Source: Myxococcota bacterium (GTDB lineage Bacteria; Myxococcota_A; UBA9160; UBA6930). From it: a stretch of DNA of 64,000 nt. The position numbers and the translations under genes are program-made. Numbering within the stretch: the stretch's first letter is position 1; every line of letters starts with the position of its first letter. The stretch is taken from assembly GCA_028285625.1 (NCBI GenBank), contig JANQOX010000026.1, positions 17,825 to 81,824 of the forward strand. Direction: 5' to 3'. The notes beneath the pieces are model-generated. The model searched no databases and was not told the DNA's origin. It was given only the letters and a program-made list of their open reading frames with translations. This document shows, piece after piece, positions 1-9,372 of this stretch.

Positions 1-718
1 CGTCGTAGCGCGTGGCCCAGAGTCGGCCCACCCAGGAGAACACGCGCGGCGCCGTGTCGCGCATGATGCGCGCGGGCGTCGGGTCGAGGGAGAAGTGCCG
101 GAACATCGACCCGAAGAAGCCGAAGTCGGCCAGGCTCGGCCGCTCGCAGAGCAGGAAGGGCTGCCGGGCCAGCACCTCGTCGAGCCGGCGCAGCGTGTCG
201 AGATAGATGCCCTCGACATGCGCACGCGTGTGACGATCGACGCCATCGCCGCGCACGTACAGGCGGCGCTGACGCGCGATCACGTAGCGCGCGGCCAGCC
301 AGTTCGGGACGCGCTCGCGCACCATCTCGCGCGCGGCACGCCCGCCCAGCAGCCCGGCATCGGGCTGGAAGCTCCAGCGATAGTGGAGCGCCGGTCGCCA
401 CAGCCACTCGTCGGCGTAGTCCTCGAGCAGCCGCACCAGGAACGCCTGCTCGGGATCGGGCGGAACCACCTGGCCTTCGGGGTGGCGCTCTTCGAGCCAG
501 TCGATGATCGGCGTCGAGTCCTGAAGCCACTGACCCTCGGGCGTCTTCAGGGTGGGCATCTTCACGATGCCCGCGTTCGGGGCGAGCACCTTGCGCGCGA
601 CCCGCGAGTCCACATCGACCCGCCGGAATGGGATGCGCTTGTACTGCAGGTACGCCTCGAGCTTGCCGCTGAAGTACGAGATGTCGGCGCGGTAGAGGTC
701 GTAGGCGTCGTCGCGCAT
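1..718 (-). CDS. Glutathione S-transferase family protein (runs off the left edge)
   Basis: Absent from the ORF track. Hand translation from ATG 718: MRDDAYDLYRADISYFSGKLEAYLQYKRIPF...KMPTL...LQDSTPII...EDYADEWLWRPALHYRW...RPSLADFG, typical GST N- and C-domain motifs. Confidence 0.85.
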   Translation of the reverse strand, partial: MRDDAYDLYRADISYFSGKLEAYLQYKRIPFRRVDVDSRVARKVLAPNAGIVKMPTLKTPEGQWLQDSTPIIDWLEERHPEGQVVPPDPEQAFLVRLLEDYADEWLWRPALHYRWSFQPDAGLLGGRAAREMVRERVPNWLAARYVIARQRRLYVRGDGVDRHTRAHVEGIYLDTLRRLDEVLARQPFLLCERPSLADFGFFGSMFRHFSLDPTPARIMRDTAPRVFSWVGRLWATRYD

Positions 719-730
719 GCAGGCCCGAGG

Positions 731-1531
731 CTAGCGCCCGGCGAGCTCGGCCCGCAGCGCGGCCTCGAGCTCGACCGAAGAGAGGCGATGGACCCGCTGG
801 AGCGCGCGCTCGAGGTCGCGGGTGCGCACCCAGACGTCCAAGGTGCGGGCCAGGCTGGCGTCGCCGCTGCGCCTTGCCAGCAGGTCGACCAGGGCGCGCG
901 AAATCAGGTAGGCGTCGGCCGCTCGGGCCGGCGGGACCCCGGCCAGGTTCGGGCCGGAGAGCTGGGCGATCGAAAGCCACCCCCCATCGCGCGAAACCGC
1001 GGCGAGCCGCGCCCACTGACCCGCCGTGAGGCGCCGGGCACCGTGGGCGCGCGATTCGAACCACTCGGCGAGGCCCTCGTTCCACCAGGCGGGCGCCACG
1101 AGCGACGGCGCCCGGGCGTCCAGGGCGGCGTGCACCAGCTCGTGGTGCAGCGTGCGCGAGAGCGTGGTGGTGACGGCCACGTCGCCCCGCACCTGGATGG
1201 TGCGCCCGTAGAAGCCGGCCACGCCGAATGGAAAGAGACCCGCGAAGCGGGCGTCGAACCACGCCGGGTCCTGGATCCAGACGGCGATCTTGCGCTCGGG
1301 CCGCAGCCCCAGGCGCGTGTCGAGGGCGTCGTAGGCGCTCTCGAGCGTGGCCAGCACGTCGCGCTCGAAGCGCACCGAGCCGTGCCAGCCCGACGCGCGA
1401 TCGAGGTCGACGTCCTGGTGGAGCACGAAGTGAGGCGACTCACGGCGCTCGAAGCGCCCATCGGCCCCCTCCGCGCGCACCTCGACCGAGACCGCCCCGC
1501 ACACCAGCAGCCAGGCCACGGCAGCGCGCAT
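731..1531 (-). CDS. Secreted zinc metallopeptidase, peptidase MA-like
   Basis: HELVH (HExxH) followed by WWNEGLAE; hydrophobic signal-like N-terminus from ATG 1531 (track start 1582). Confidence 0.75.
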   Translation of the reverse strand: MRAAVAWLLVCGAVSVEVRAEGADGRFERRESPHFVLHQDVDLDRASGWHGSVRFERDVLATLESAYDALDTRLGLRPERKIAVWIQDPAWFDARFAGLFPFGVAGFYGRTIQVRGDVAVTTTLSRTLHHELVHAALDARAPSLVAPAWWNEGLAEWFESRAHGARRLTAGQWARLAAVSRDGGWLSIAQLSGPNLAGVPPARAADAYLISRALVDLLARRSGDASLARTLDVWVRTRDLERALQRVHRLSSVELEAALRAELAGR

Positions 1532-1927
1532 CGCCCGCCATGCGGGCCGACCCCGGAGGGTGCGGCAGGTACGGGCTCTCATGGCCTTCGAGCCTAGCCG
1601 GCGGCGAAGCGGTCTGGGTTGTGACCGGATCCGTCACGGGCCGGTGCGAGGATTTCCATGGAGCCGCCGCCGTCCCCCCGACGCCCGGCTCGCCCGGACC
1701 GAACCCACGACCGAGCCGAGACCGGAACCGCACCGAGTCCGGCCCGGGCGCGGGACGGCACGGGGCACCGGACCCCTCCCCGGCGCCTCGGGCCACCCCC
1801 CTCGGTTCGAGCGACGGGCGTCGGGCGGCGGATTTCCGAGGACTGTTGCGGCCGCCCCGATCGGAGCGGCGGCGGAGCGTGGGCCCCCACGCCCGCGCGA
1901 CCCAAAACGACCCCGGAGGACACCGTC

Positions 1928-3619
1928 ATGAGCGAAGCCGCCGCCCTGCCCGACCGAACCGATCGCTTGCCCACGCCGCCGGGTCCGCCTGGCGAGCCGG
2001 CCGTTCCCGACCGGCCCTCCGAACCGGCCGAGCGGGCACGCCACGCGGGAGACGAGCGCTCCGAGGCCACGGGCCGCAGCGCGCGCCCCGCCGCGCTCGA
2101 GCTTCGGCTCTCGGTGCGCGACCCCGAGGTCTGCGAGGCCGTGACGGCCCACCCTGCCGGCAGCGACCGCGACCGCTTCGTCGAATCGGCCCTGCGCATC
2201 GGCGTGCTGGCCCTGCGAGACGCCGCCGGCCGGGTCGACGCGGATTCGGTGCGGCACGAGGGCGAGCGCCTGATGGCCGATCTCACCCGGCGCCTCGAGG
2301 CCCATCGGCAGACGCTCTCGGAGCACCTCTCGGGAACCCTGCGCACCTACTTCGACCCCGAGAGCGGGCGCCTGCCCGAACGGATCGAGCGGCTGGTGCG
2401 CCGGGACGGCGAGCTGGCAGAGCTGCTGCGCCAGAAGGTCGGGGCCGACGACTCGGAGCTGGCGCACACGCTGGCCCGGCATGTCGGCGAGGGCAGCCCG
2501 CTGCTGGCCATGCTGGCGCCCGACGCCGCCGGGGGCCTGGTGGCCACCCTGCAAGACCGTCTGGCCGAGGCGTTGGCGGGCGAGCGCGAGCGCATCCTGC
2601 GCGAGTTCTCACTGGACCATCGCGAGGGCGCGCTCTCGCGACTGGTCTCGGAGCTCGATGAGCGCCACGACCTGATGGGCCGCAAGCTCGACCAGCGCAT
2701 CGACGCCGTGGTGTCGGAGTTCTCCCTCGATCAGGAGGACTCGGCGCTCTCGCGCCTGCTCGGGCGGGTCGAACACGCCCACGAGCGGATCAACCGCGAG
2801 TTCTCGCTCGACCACGAGGGCGCAGCGCTGGCGCGCATGCGCAAGGAGCTGATGACGCTGCTCGAAGAGCAACGCGGCGCGGCTGCGCGCTTTCAGGAAG
2901 AGGTGCGCACCGCGCTCTCGACCCTGCAGGCCCGGCGCGAAGAGGCAGCGCGAAGCACGCGCCACGGCGACGACTTCGAGCACGAGGTCACGCTGTTCGT
3001 GCGCGGCGAAGCCCATCGCTCGGGTGACGTCGCGAGCCACGTGGGCAAGGGCACCGGCGCCATCCGGCACTGTCGCAAGGGCGACGTGCTGGTCGAGCTC
3101 GGCGCCGAGGCCGCGGCGGCGGGCGCGCGCATCGTGGTCGAGGCCAAGGAAGACAAGAGCTTCGACCTGGGCCGCGCCCTGGCAGAAGTCGAGCAGGCGC
3201 GACGCAACCGCGAGGCCTCCGCCTCGCTGTTCGTCTTCTCGAAGCAGTCGGCACCCGAAGGCCTCGAGCCGCTGGCCCGCTATGGGCCAGACGTCGTGGT
3301 CGTCTGGGATGCCGACGACCGCGCGAGCGACGTGTTCTTGCGCGCAGGCCTCTCGGTCGCGCGTGCACTGGCCACCCGCGCGCCCGGCTCCGACCCCGAG
3401 CGCGACGCCGATCTGGGCGCCATCGATGCTGCCATTCTCGAGATCGAGCGCCAGGCCGGCGGGCTGGACGAGATCCGCACCGCGGCCGAGACCGCACGCA
3501 AGGCGGCCATTCGCATCGACGACCGCGCGCGCATCGTGCGCGACGGGCTGTCGTCGCAGGTGGTGGTGCTCACCGAGCGGGTCGGCGACCTGCGGCGGGC
3601 GGAACGGACCGTGGAATGA
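1928..3619 (+). CDS. Coiled-coil protein with C-terminal PD-(D/E)XK-like nuclease motif (RmuC-like architecture)
   Basis: GGAGGA RBS at 1915-1920 before ATG 1928; long helical region with three EFSLD repeats; G-x-x-F-E ... GDVLVE ... IVVEAK motif. Confidence 0.6.
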   Translation: MSEAAALPDRTDRLPTPPGPPGEPAVPDRPSEPAERARHAGDERSEATGRSARPAALELRLSVRDPEVCEAVTAHPAGSDRDRFVESALRIGVLALRDAAGRVDADSVRHEGERLMADLTRRLEAHRQTLSEHLSGTLRTYFDPESGRLPERIERLVRRDGELAELLRQKVGADDSELAHTLARHVGEGSPLLAMLAPDAAGGLVATLQDRLAEALAGERERILREFSLDHREGALSRLVSELDERHDLMGRKLDQRIDAVVSEFSLDQEDSALSRLLGRVEHAHERINREFSLDHEGAALARMRKELMTLLEEQRGAAARFQEEVRTALSTLQARREEAARSTRHGDDFEHEVTLFVRGEAHRSGDVASHVGKGTGAIRHCRKGDVLVELGAEAAAAGARIVVEAKEDKSFDLGRALAEVEQARRNREASASLFVFSKQSAPEGLEPLARYGPDVVVVWDADDRASDVFLRAGLSVARALATRAPGSDPERDADLGAIDAAILEIERQAGGLDEIRTAAETARKAAIRIDDRARIVRDGLSSQVVVLTERVGDLRRAERTVE

Positions 3620-3680
3620 GGCCAGGGGCCGAACGCATCGTCGGGTGAGACCAGGGCCGGAACGACGCTAGGCTGGCGGC

Positions 3681-4631
3681 GTGACCACCCCGACGGCCCC
3701 GCAGGCTCCGGCAGCCTCTCCCACGGCGCTGCGCGCCCTGCTGCCCTGGACTTCGTTCTGGGCGGTGATGGGCGTCTCGTTCGGGGCGGCCGCATGGGCG
3801 ACGGGTGGCGAGCCGCTCTCGGCGGGCGTCGCATCGGCCATGACGGTGGCCAACACGTTTCTGGTGGCGATCGTCGAGCAGCTGCTGCCGCGCAAGGCGC
3901 ACGCCAACCTGCTGCGCGACCGGCAGTCGCTGAACGACATCGGGCACGGGGTGCTCTTCACGTTCGTGGGCCGGCCCCTGGCGGCCGCGGTGGGCATCGC
4001 GTTCGTGGCCTTCGTGTCGCAGCGGTTCGAAGGGCTCTCGGCCCTCTGGCCGGTGGGCCTGCCGCTGCTCGCGCAGCTGGCCCTGGCGCTCCTGCTGCTC
4101 GACCTGGCCAACTACGGCTTCCACCGCGCGCTGCACCGGGTGCCCCGGCTCTGGTGGTTCCACGCGGTGCACCACGACACGCGGCAGATGCATCTGCTCA
4201 AGTCCGGCCGCCTGCACATCGGCGAACAGGTGCTGCAGTTTCTGGTGGTGGCTACGCCGCTGCTGCTGCTGGGCTGTCCCACCGAAGTCATGCTCTGGCT
4301 CGGGCTCTGGACGGTCTTCGAGGGCAACCTCGCCCACTCGAACCTCGACCAGCGGTTCCCCGCCTGGCTGCACTACGTGATGCCCAACGTGCACCTGCAC
4401 TACGTGCACCATGCCGAAGACCCCGAGCTGCACGACGCGAACTTCGGGGGCCTCCCGCTCTGGGATCTGGTGTTCGGCACGTTCCGCCACCCGGACCGCA
4501 ACCCGGTCGAGGCGACCGGCCTGCCCGGCGACCCGGTGCCGCCGGGCTTTCTGGCCCAGGTCTGGTTCCCGTTCCGCGCCCAGCGCCAGCCGCCCGACGT
4601 CAGCCGAGGAGCGGCGGAAGCAGCTCGCTGA
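3681..4631 (+). CDS. Sterol desaturase / fatty acid hydroxylase family protein
   Basis: His boxes HRALH, HAVHH, HYVHH plus NFG...WD..FGT; multiple TM segments. Confidence 0.9.
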   Translation: MTTPTAPQAPAASPTALRALLPWTSFWAVMGVSFGAAAWATGGEPLSAGVASAMTVANTFLVAIVEQLLPRKAHANLLRDRQSLNDIGHGVLFTFVGRPLAAAVGIAFVAFVSQRFEGLSALWPVGLPLLAQLALALLLLDLANYGFHRALHRVPRLWWFHAVHHDTRQMHLLKSGRLHIGEQVLQFLVVATPLLLLGCPTEVMLWLGLWTVFEGNLAHSNLDQRFPAWLHYVMPNVHLHYVHHAEDPELHDANFGGLPLWDLVFGTFRHPDRNPVEATGLPGDPVPPGFLAQVWFPFRAQRQPPDVSRGAAEAAR

Positions 4632-5352
4632 TCGAGCCGCGCAGCATGACGTCGGCCAGCCCATCCATCTCGGTGGGCTCCGCGTTCAGGATCACCACCG
4701 CGGCGCCCATCTGCTTGGCCACCGGGACCACACCCGCGATCGGGTAGACGCCCAGCGTCGTGCCGATGGCGAGAACCAGGTCGCAGCTTCGCGCGGCGCG
4801 CTCGGCGCGCGCCAGGTCGTCCGCCACCAGCCCCTGGCCGAACGAGATCGTGGCCGACTTGAGCACGCCGCCGCAGCTTCGGCACGCCGGATCGAGGTCG
4901 CCCTCGGCCACTCGCGCGAAGACGCGATCGATGGGGCCGCGGTCGTCGCACCCCATGCACATGTATTCGCGCATGGTGCCGTGGATCTCGACGATACGAT
5001 CCGGATCGCTGCCGGCCTCGTGATGCAGGCCGTCCACGTTCTGCGTGATCAACAGGTCCAGTTTGCCCTGCTCTTCGAGGCGCAGCAGCGCCCGATGGCC
5101 GAGGTTCGGTTCCCGCCGGGTGCGCGAACCCTCCAGCTTCATCTGCCAGGCGCGCTCGCGCAGGCTGGCGTCGGCCATGTAGTACTGGATGTTGGACATC
5201 TTCTCGGCCTCGGGGTTCTTCGTCCAGACCCCCTGCGGCCCGCGAAAGTCGGGGATCCCCGAGTCGGTCGAGATTCCGGCACCGGTCAAGACCACCACGC
5301 GCTCGGCGGCGGCGAGCAGTTGGCGGCCGGCCGCCAGGTTGGGCTCGGTCAT
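4600..5352 (-). CDS. cobB: NAD-dependent protein deacylase (Sir2/CobB family)
   Basis: TGAGISTDSGIPDFRG, TQNVDGLH, EIHG, two CxxC zinc knuckles. Confidence 0.9.
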   Translation of the reverse strand: MTEPNLAAGRQLLAAAERVVVLTGAGISTDSGIPDFRGPQGVWTKNPEAEKMSNIQYYMADASLRERAWQMKLEGSRTRREPNLGHRALLRLEEQGKLDLLITQNVDGLHHEAGSDPDRIVEIHGTMREYMCMGCDDRGPIDRVFARVAEGDLDPACRSCGGVLKSATISFGQGLVADDLARAERAARSCDLVLAIGTTLGVYPIAGVVPVAKQMGAAVVILNAEPTEMDGLADVMLRGSISELLPPLLG

Positions 5353-5502
5353 GGGCACCTCGAGAACGTTCGCCGTTCGATCATGGCACGGGCCGTCGAG
5401 CGACGCGACGGCCGCGCCATCGGGTGCTGCAGGCCGGCATACGACGGAGATGCCTCGTGGCCGGATCCTGCTAGGGTGACGCCGCGCAAGGGAGGGGATC
5501 CC

Positions 5503-6279
5503 GTGGCAAAGGCTCGCGAGGTCTGGCAGAGCAAGGGGCTGCGGGGATTCCTCCGCTGGGTGGTCGTGAAGCGGATCGGCAAGCCGCTGTTTCGCCGTAT
5601 GGACTCCGTCTTCGCGCGCACGAGCCTGGTGGGCAACGACCCCGTCCTCGATCCGGGCCTGTTCGCGTTCACGGCCAAGCTCGAGTCGTCGTGGGAGACG
5701 GTCCGAGACGAGCTGCTACCCCTGCTCGCCGAGCGCGAGCACATCCCGCCGGTTCGTAGCCTGCAGCCGGACCAGGACAAGACCGCGCGCGACGACGGCT
5801 GGCGCAGCTTCGTCCTGCACGGCTACGGCTTCCGCTCGGACTACGGCTGCGAGCGCTGTCCTGAAACCACGCGGCTGCTCGAGTCGGTGCCGGGGCTCAC
5901 CAGTGCCTTCTTCTCGGTTCTGGCGCCCGGCACACACATCGCGCGCCACGCCGGCGTCACCAAGGCGGTCGTGCGCTGCCATCTGCCGCTGGTGGTCCCG
6001 CGCGACGCCGAGAAGTGCCGGATGGTGGTGCGCGACGAGCTCGTCGTCTGGCAGGAGGGCCACTGCGTCTACTTCGACGACAGCGAGAAGCACGAGGTGT
6101 GGAACGACACACCCGAGGAACGGGTCGTGCTGATCTTCGATTTCTACCGGCCCATGCGCGCGCCGGGCCCGCTCTTCGGTCGGCTGCTGCACGCGATCCT
6201 CCGCGTGAGCCCGTTCGTACGCACCTCTCGACGCAACCTGGAACGCTGGGAGGCGGAACGCCTGGCCGAGGCCGCCTAG
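5503..6279 (+). CDS. Aspartyl/asparaginyl beta-hydroxylase domain protein
   Basis: GGAGG RBS then GTG 5503; FSVLAPGTHIARHAG, RCHLPL, WQEG, FDDSEKHEVWN, RVVLIFD motifs. Confidence 0.88.
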   Translation: MAKAREVWQSKGLRGFLRWVVVKRIGKPLFRRMDSVFARTSLVGNDPVLDPGLFAFTAKLESSWETVRDELLPLLAEREHIPPVRSLQPDQDKTARDDGWRSFVLHGYGFRSDYGCERCPETTRLLESVPGLTSAFFSVLAPGTHIARHAGVTKAVVRCHLPLVVPRDAEKCRMVVRDELVVWQEGHCVYFDDSEKHEVWNDTPEERVVLIFDFYRPMRAPGPLFGRLLHAILRVSPFVRTSRRNLERWEAERLAEAA

Positions 6280-6328
6280 TGGGCCGAGGCGACTTGCCGA
6301 ACCCCGCCAGGGCGGGAACGACCGCGCG

Positions 6329-7123
6329 ATGACACCCGGCGTGGTGGTGGTGACCGGGGCCTCGTCGGGAATCGGCCGCAGCCTGGCGCGCCGGCTCGCG
6401 CGCGACGGCAGGCCGGTTGCAGTGCTGGCACGGCGGGGAGAACTGCTCGACACCCTGGTGGCCGAGATCACGTCGGATGGCGGCCGCGCCCTGGCGCTGG
6501 TCTGTGACGTCACGAAGGGGCCCGAGGTCCACGAGGCCATGGCGCGGATCGAGCGCGAACTCGGGCCGATCGAGACCCTGGTCGCCAATGCGGGCGGCAG
6601 CGACCCGACCTTCGTCGACGACTTCCGGGCGTCGCACATCGAGGCGACCGTGGCGCTCAACCTGATGGGCGTGGCCCACTGCGTGGAGGCGGTGCTGCCG
6701 GGCATGCTCGAGCGTGGCCACGGCCACCTGGTGGCCGTGAGCAGCCTCGCCGCCTACCGCGGCCTGCCGACCGCCGCCGCCTACTCTGCCGCAAAGGCCG
6801 CGCTCACGAACCTGATGGAGAGCCTACGCGTCGACCTGCGACCGCGCGGTATCGCGGTCACCACCCTGGCGCCGGGTTTCGTACGCACCAAGCCCAACCA
6901 GAACAAGCGCAAGCGCAACAAGCCCCTGCGTTGGGACCTCGAACGCGCGACCGAGCGCATGGCGGGGGCCATTCGCAGCCGCAAGGCCTACGACGCGTTC
7001 CCCTGGCCGATGGTCCTGCTACTGGGTGCCACGCGGTTGATGCCGCGGCGGCTCTTCGACGCGATCGTCGCCGGGCGGGGACGCAAGCCCAAGCCCGACC
7101 GCGCCTCGAAGCTCGGGGGCTGA
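6329..7123 (+). CDS. SDR family oxidoreductase
   Basis: TGASSGIG, NAG, YSAAK. Confidence 0.92.
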   Translation: MTPGVVVVTGASSGIGRSLARRLARDGRPVAVLARRGELLDTLVAEITSDGGRALALVCDVTKGPEVHEAMARIERELGPIETLVANAGGSDPTFVDDFRASHIEATVALNLMGVAHCVEAVLPGMLERGHGHLVAVSSLAAYRGLPTAAAYSAAKAALTNLMESLRVDLRPRGIAVTTLAPGFVRTKPNQNKRKRNKPLRWDLERATERMAGAIRSRKAYDAFPWPMVLLLGATRLMPRRLFDAIVAGRGRKPKPDRASKLGG

Positions 7124-7135
7124 GACCGGGCCCGA

Positions 7136-7654
7136 CTACGGCTTCGGCACGTCGCGGTCGAGCACGGTCTTGCGGCCGTCGCGCTCGGCGTTGCGGATGG
7201 CCTGGTCGGCCACCTGCCGCAGGATCTCGGACAACGGGCCGAGTACGCCGTCGGAGGTGTTCATGCCGCTGCGGGCACGCACGTAGTCCTTGAGGCGGCT
7301 CGCGACCACCAGCACTTCGCGCGGCACGTCGTCCTGGGGCGGCGTTTCGGCCGGCCGCACGAGCCGGCGTCGCGGCGCGCGAGCGCCGGCCTTCGGGGCC
7401 GAGAAGGCAGCCGGCGCACGCGCCGGCTTCGGGGCGGGGGCCGCCGCGTCGGGCCGCGCCGGGGCCTGCTTCTCCACGGCCCAGGCCTCGCGGTGGCGCG
7501 CTTCGGGCAGGTGCACCTCCCAGCAGCTGACCGAGCAGAAGACGAGCGCGGTCCGCACGCGATTGCAGGTCGACACGTTGCAGGCCCAGTACGGGGCGCG
7601 CAGGGCGATCGGCTCCTTGCAAGCGCTGCATCGCCGCCAGGCGTCGTCCGTCAT
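7136..7654 (-). CDS. Bacterial histone-fold protein with N-terminal Cys/His zinc finger
   Basis: C-terminal EVLVVASRLKDYVRARSGMNTS...AIRNAERDGRKTVLDRDV with the histone RKTV/RD signature; N-terminal CSAC, CNVSTC, CSVSC..H. Confidence 0.85.
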   Translation of the reverse strand: MTDDAWRRCSACKEPIALRAPYWACNVSTCNRVRTALVFCSVSCWEVHLPEARHREAWAVEKQAPARPDAAAPAPKPARAPAAFSAPKAGARAPRRRLVRPAETPPQDDVPREVLVVASRLKDYVRARSGMNTSDGVLGPLSEILRQVADQAIRNAERDGRKTVLDRDVPKP

Positions 7655-7725
7655 CCGTACCTCCGCAGTCGGGCCGAAAGCGTAGCGGCCCGCTGCGCAG
7701 CGGGGCGAGCCGCTAGGCTGCCGGC

Positions 7726-8178
7726 GTGTTCGAGATCTTCGTCGACGCCGACGCCTGCCCCGTGAAGGACGAGATCTATGCCGTGGCTGCGCGCTACGGC
7801 ATCGGCGTGGTCGTGGTCGCCAACCAGCGGATCGGGGTGCCCCATGGACTGGGGATCGAGACCGTGGTCGTGGGCCGCGAGCCCGATGCCGCCGACGACT
7901 GGATCGCCGAGAGCGTCGAGCCGGGCGACATCGTGATCACGGCCGACATCCCGCTCGCTGCCCGGTGTCTCGAGCGGCAGGGCCATGCCCTGGGCACCGA
8001 CGGCCGCCCGTTCACCGAAGACATGATCGGCGGCGCCCTGGCCACGCGCGAACTCAAGCGCGAGCTACGCGAACGAGGCGTCACGTCAGGGGGGCCTCGG
8101 CCGCTGTCCGCGCGCGACCGCCGCCGCTTCGTCGACGCCCTCGATCGCCTGGTCCAGCAGGGGCTCAGCCGAGGCTGA
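7726..8178 (+). CDS. yaiI: YaiI/YqxD (UPF0178) family protein
   Basis: IFVDADACPVK, DAADDWI, DIVITADIPLA. Confidence 0.92.
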   Translation: MFEIFVDADACPVKDEIYAVAARYGIGVVVVANQRIGVPHGLGIETVVVGREPDAADDWIAESVEPGDIVITADIPLAARCLERQGHALGTDGRPFTEDMIGGALATRELKRELRERGVTSGGPRPLSARDRRRFVDALDRLVQQGLSRG

Positions 8179-8218
8179 ACCGAGTCGCGCTACCCAGGCC
8201 GAGCCCGGGGGTATCGGT

Positions 8219-9322
8219 TCAGCCGGACTCGGCCGACCGCTCGGGCACGGGCGGCAGGTAGTCGGCGAAGGCCCGCCCATAGACTTCCCACAGCGTGACG
8301 AACACGGCAGCGACGATGGGACCAAGCACGAAGCCCACGGCCCCGAACAGCGTGATGCCACCGAGGGTCGAGAGCAGGATCAGCAGGTCGGACATCTTGG
8401 CATCGCCACCCACCAGCCGTGGGCGCAGCACGTTGTCGATGCTGCCCACGAGCCCACCGCACCAGACGAGCAGCAACGTGGCAGGTATCGCCGAGCCACT
8501 GGCGTACAGGTAGAGCACCGCTGGCACCCAGATCAGCGGCGCACCGATGCCGGGAATGACCGACAGCACCATCATGATCGTGCCCCAGAAGGCGGCACCT
8601 TGGATGCCGCACGCCCAGAACGCGAGCCCGGCGAGCAACCCCTGGATGGCCCCGATCACCAGCGAGCCCTTGAGCGTCGCGCGGGTCACCGAGAGAAAGC
8701 GCTCCATCACCAGCGCCTCGTCGTCCTCGTCGAGCGGCGCGTAGTAGAGGATCTGGTCGAGGATCGCGCGGCCGCCGATCAGGAAGAAGAACATCGAGTA
8801 GAGAAAGATGAACAGCTGCAGGAAGAAGCGTGCGGTCAGCGCGCCGGCAGCCGCGACGCCACCGACCAGGGTGCTGCTGAGTCCACGCACCGCCTTGGCG
8901 GCCCCCTCCAGAAGCTTCTCCCGATCCGGCAGGACGGCCTCGAGCGAGTCGAAGAACGGCAGCCTGCGTGCGGCGCGGGTGAGCTGGTCCGGGTCGTCGA
9001 TCTGGGCCTGCACCCACGGCGTGACCGAGTGCGCAACCTCGAGCGCCTGGCCGGCGACCATCCCCAACAAGCCGACCAGCGGGCCGATCACGAGCAGCAG
9101 CGTGCCTAGCACCACCAGCCCCGCCGCGAGCCCGTCGCGGCCGCCGAGCACCCCGGCCAGTGCCCGGTAGGGTGCCCTCGCCAGACCGGCCGCCAGCGCG
9201 GCCACCACCAGGGTGATCGCGAAGTCGCGGATCATCCAGAAGAAGACCAACGACACCAGCAGCACGAGGCTCAGCAGGAAGCGTCGTTGGAACCGGGTCT
9301 CGGCGGTCTGCGGGGCCGTCAT
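8219..9322 (-). CDS. AI-2E family transporter
   Basis: Multi-TM; IQG, SIDNVLRPRLVG, GGITLFG..GFVLGP; start re-called to ATG 9322. Confidence 0.9.
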   Translation of the reverse strand: MTAPQTAETRFQRRFLLSLVLLVSLVFFWMIRDFAITLVVAALAAGLARAPYRALAGVLGGRDGLAAGLVVLGTLLLVIGPLVGLLGMVAGQALEVAHSVTPWVQAQIDDPDQLTRAARRLPFFDSLEAVLPDREKLLEGAAKAVRGLSSTLVGGVAAAGALTARFFLQLFIFLYSMFFFLIGGRAILDQILYYAPLDEDDEALVMERFLSVTRATLKGSLVIGAIQGLLAGLAFWACGIQGAAFWGTIMMVLSVIPGIGAPLIWVPAVLYLYASGSAIPATLLLVWCGGLVGSIDNVLRPRLVGGDAKMSDLLILLSTLGGITLFGAVGFVLGPIVAAVFVTLWEVYGRAFADYLPPVPERSAESG

Positions 9323-9372
9323 GGGGCGCAGTCTACCCCGAGCGATGCGCCCCTGTCGGGGATTCGGCGGAT

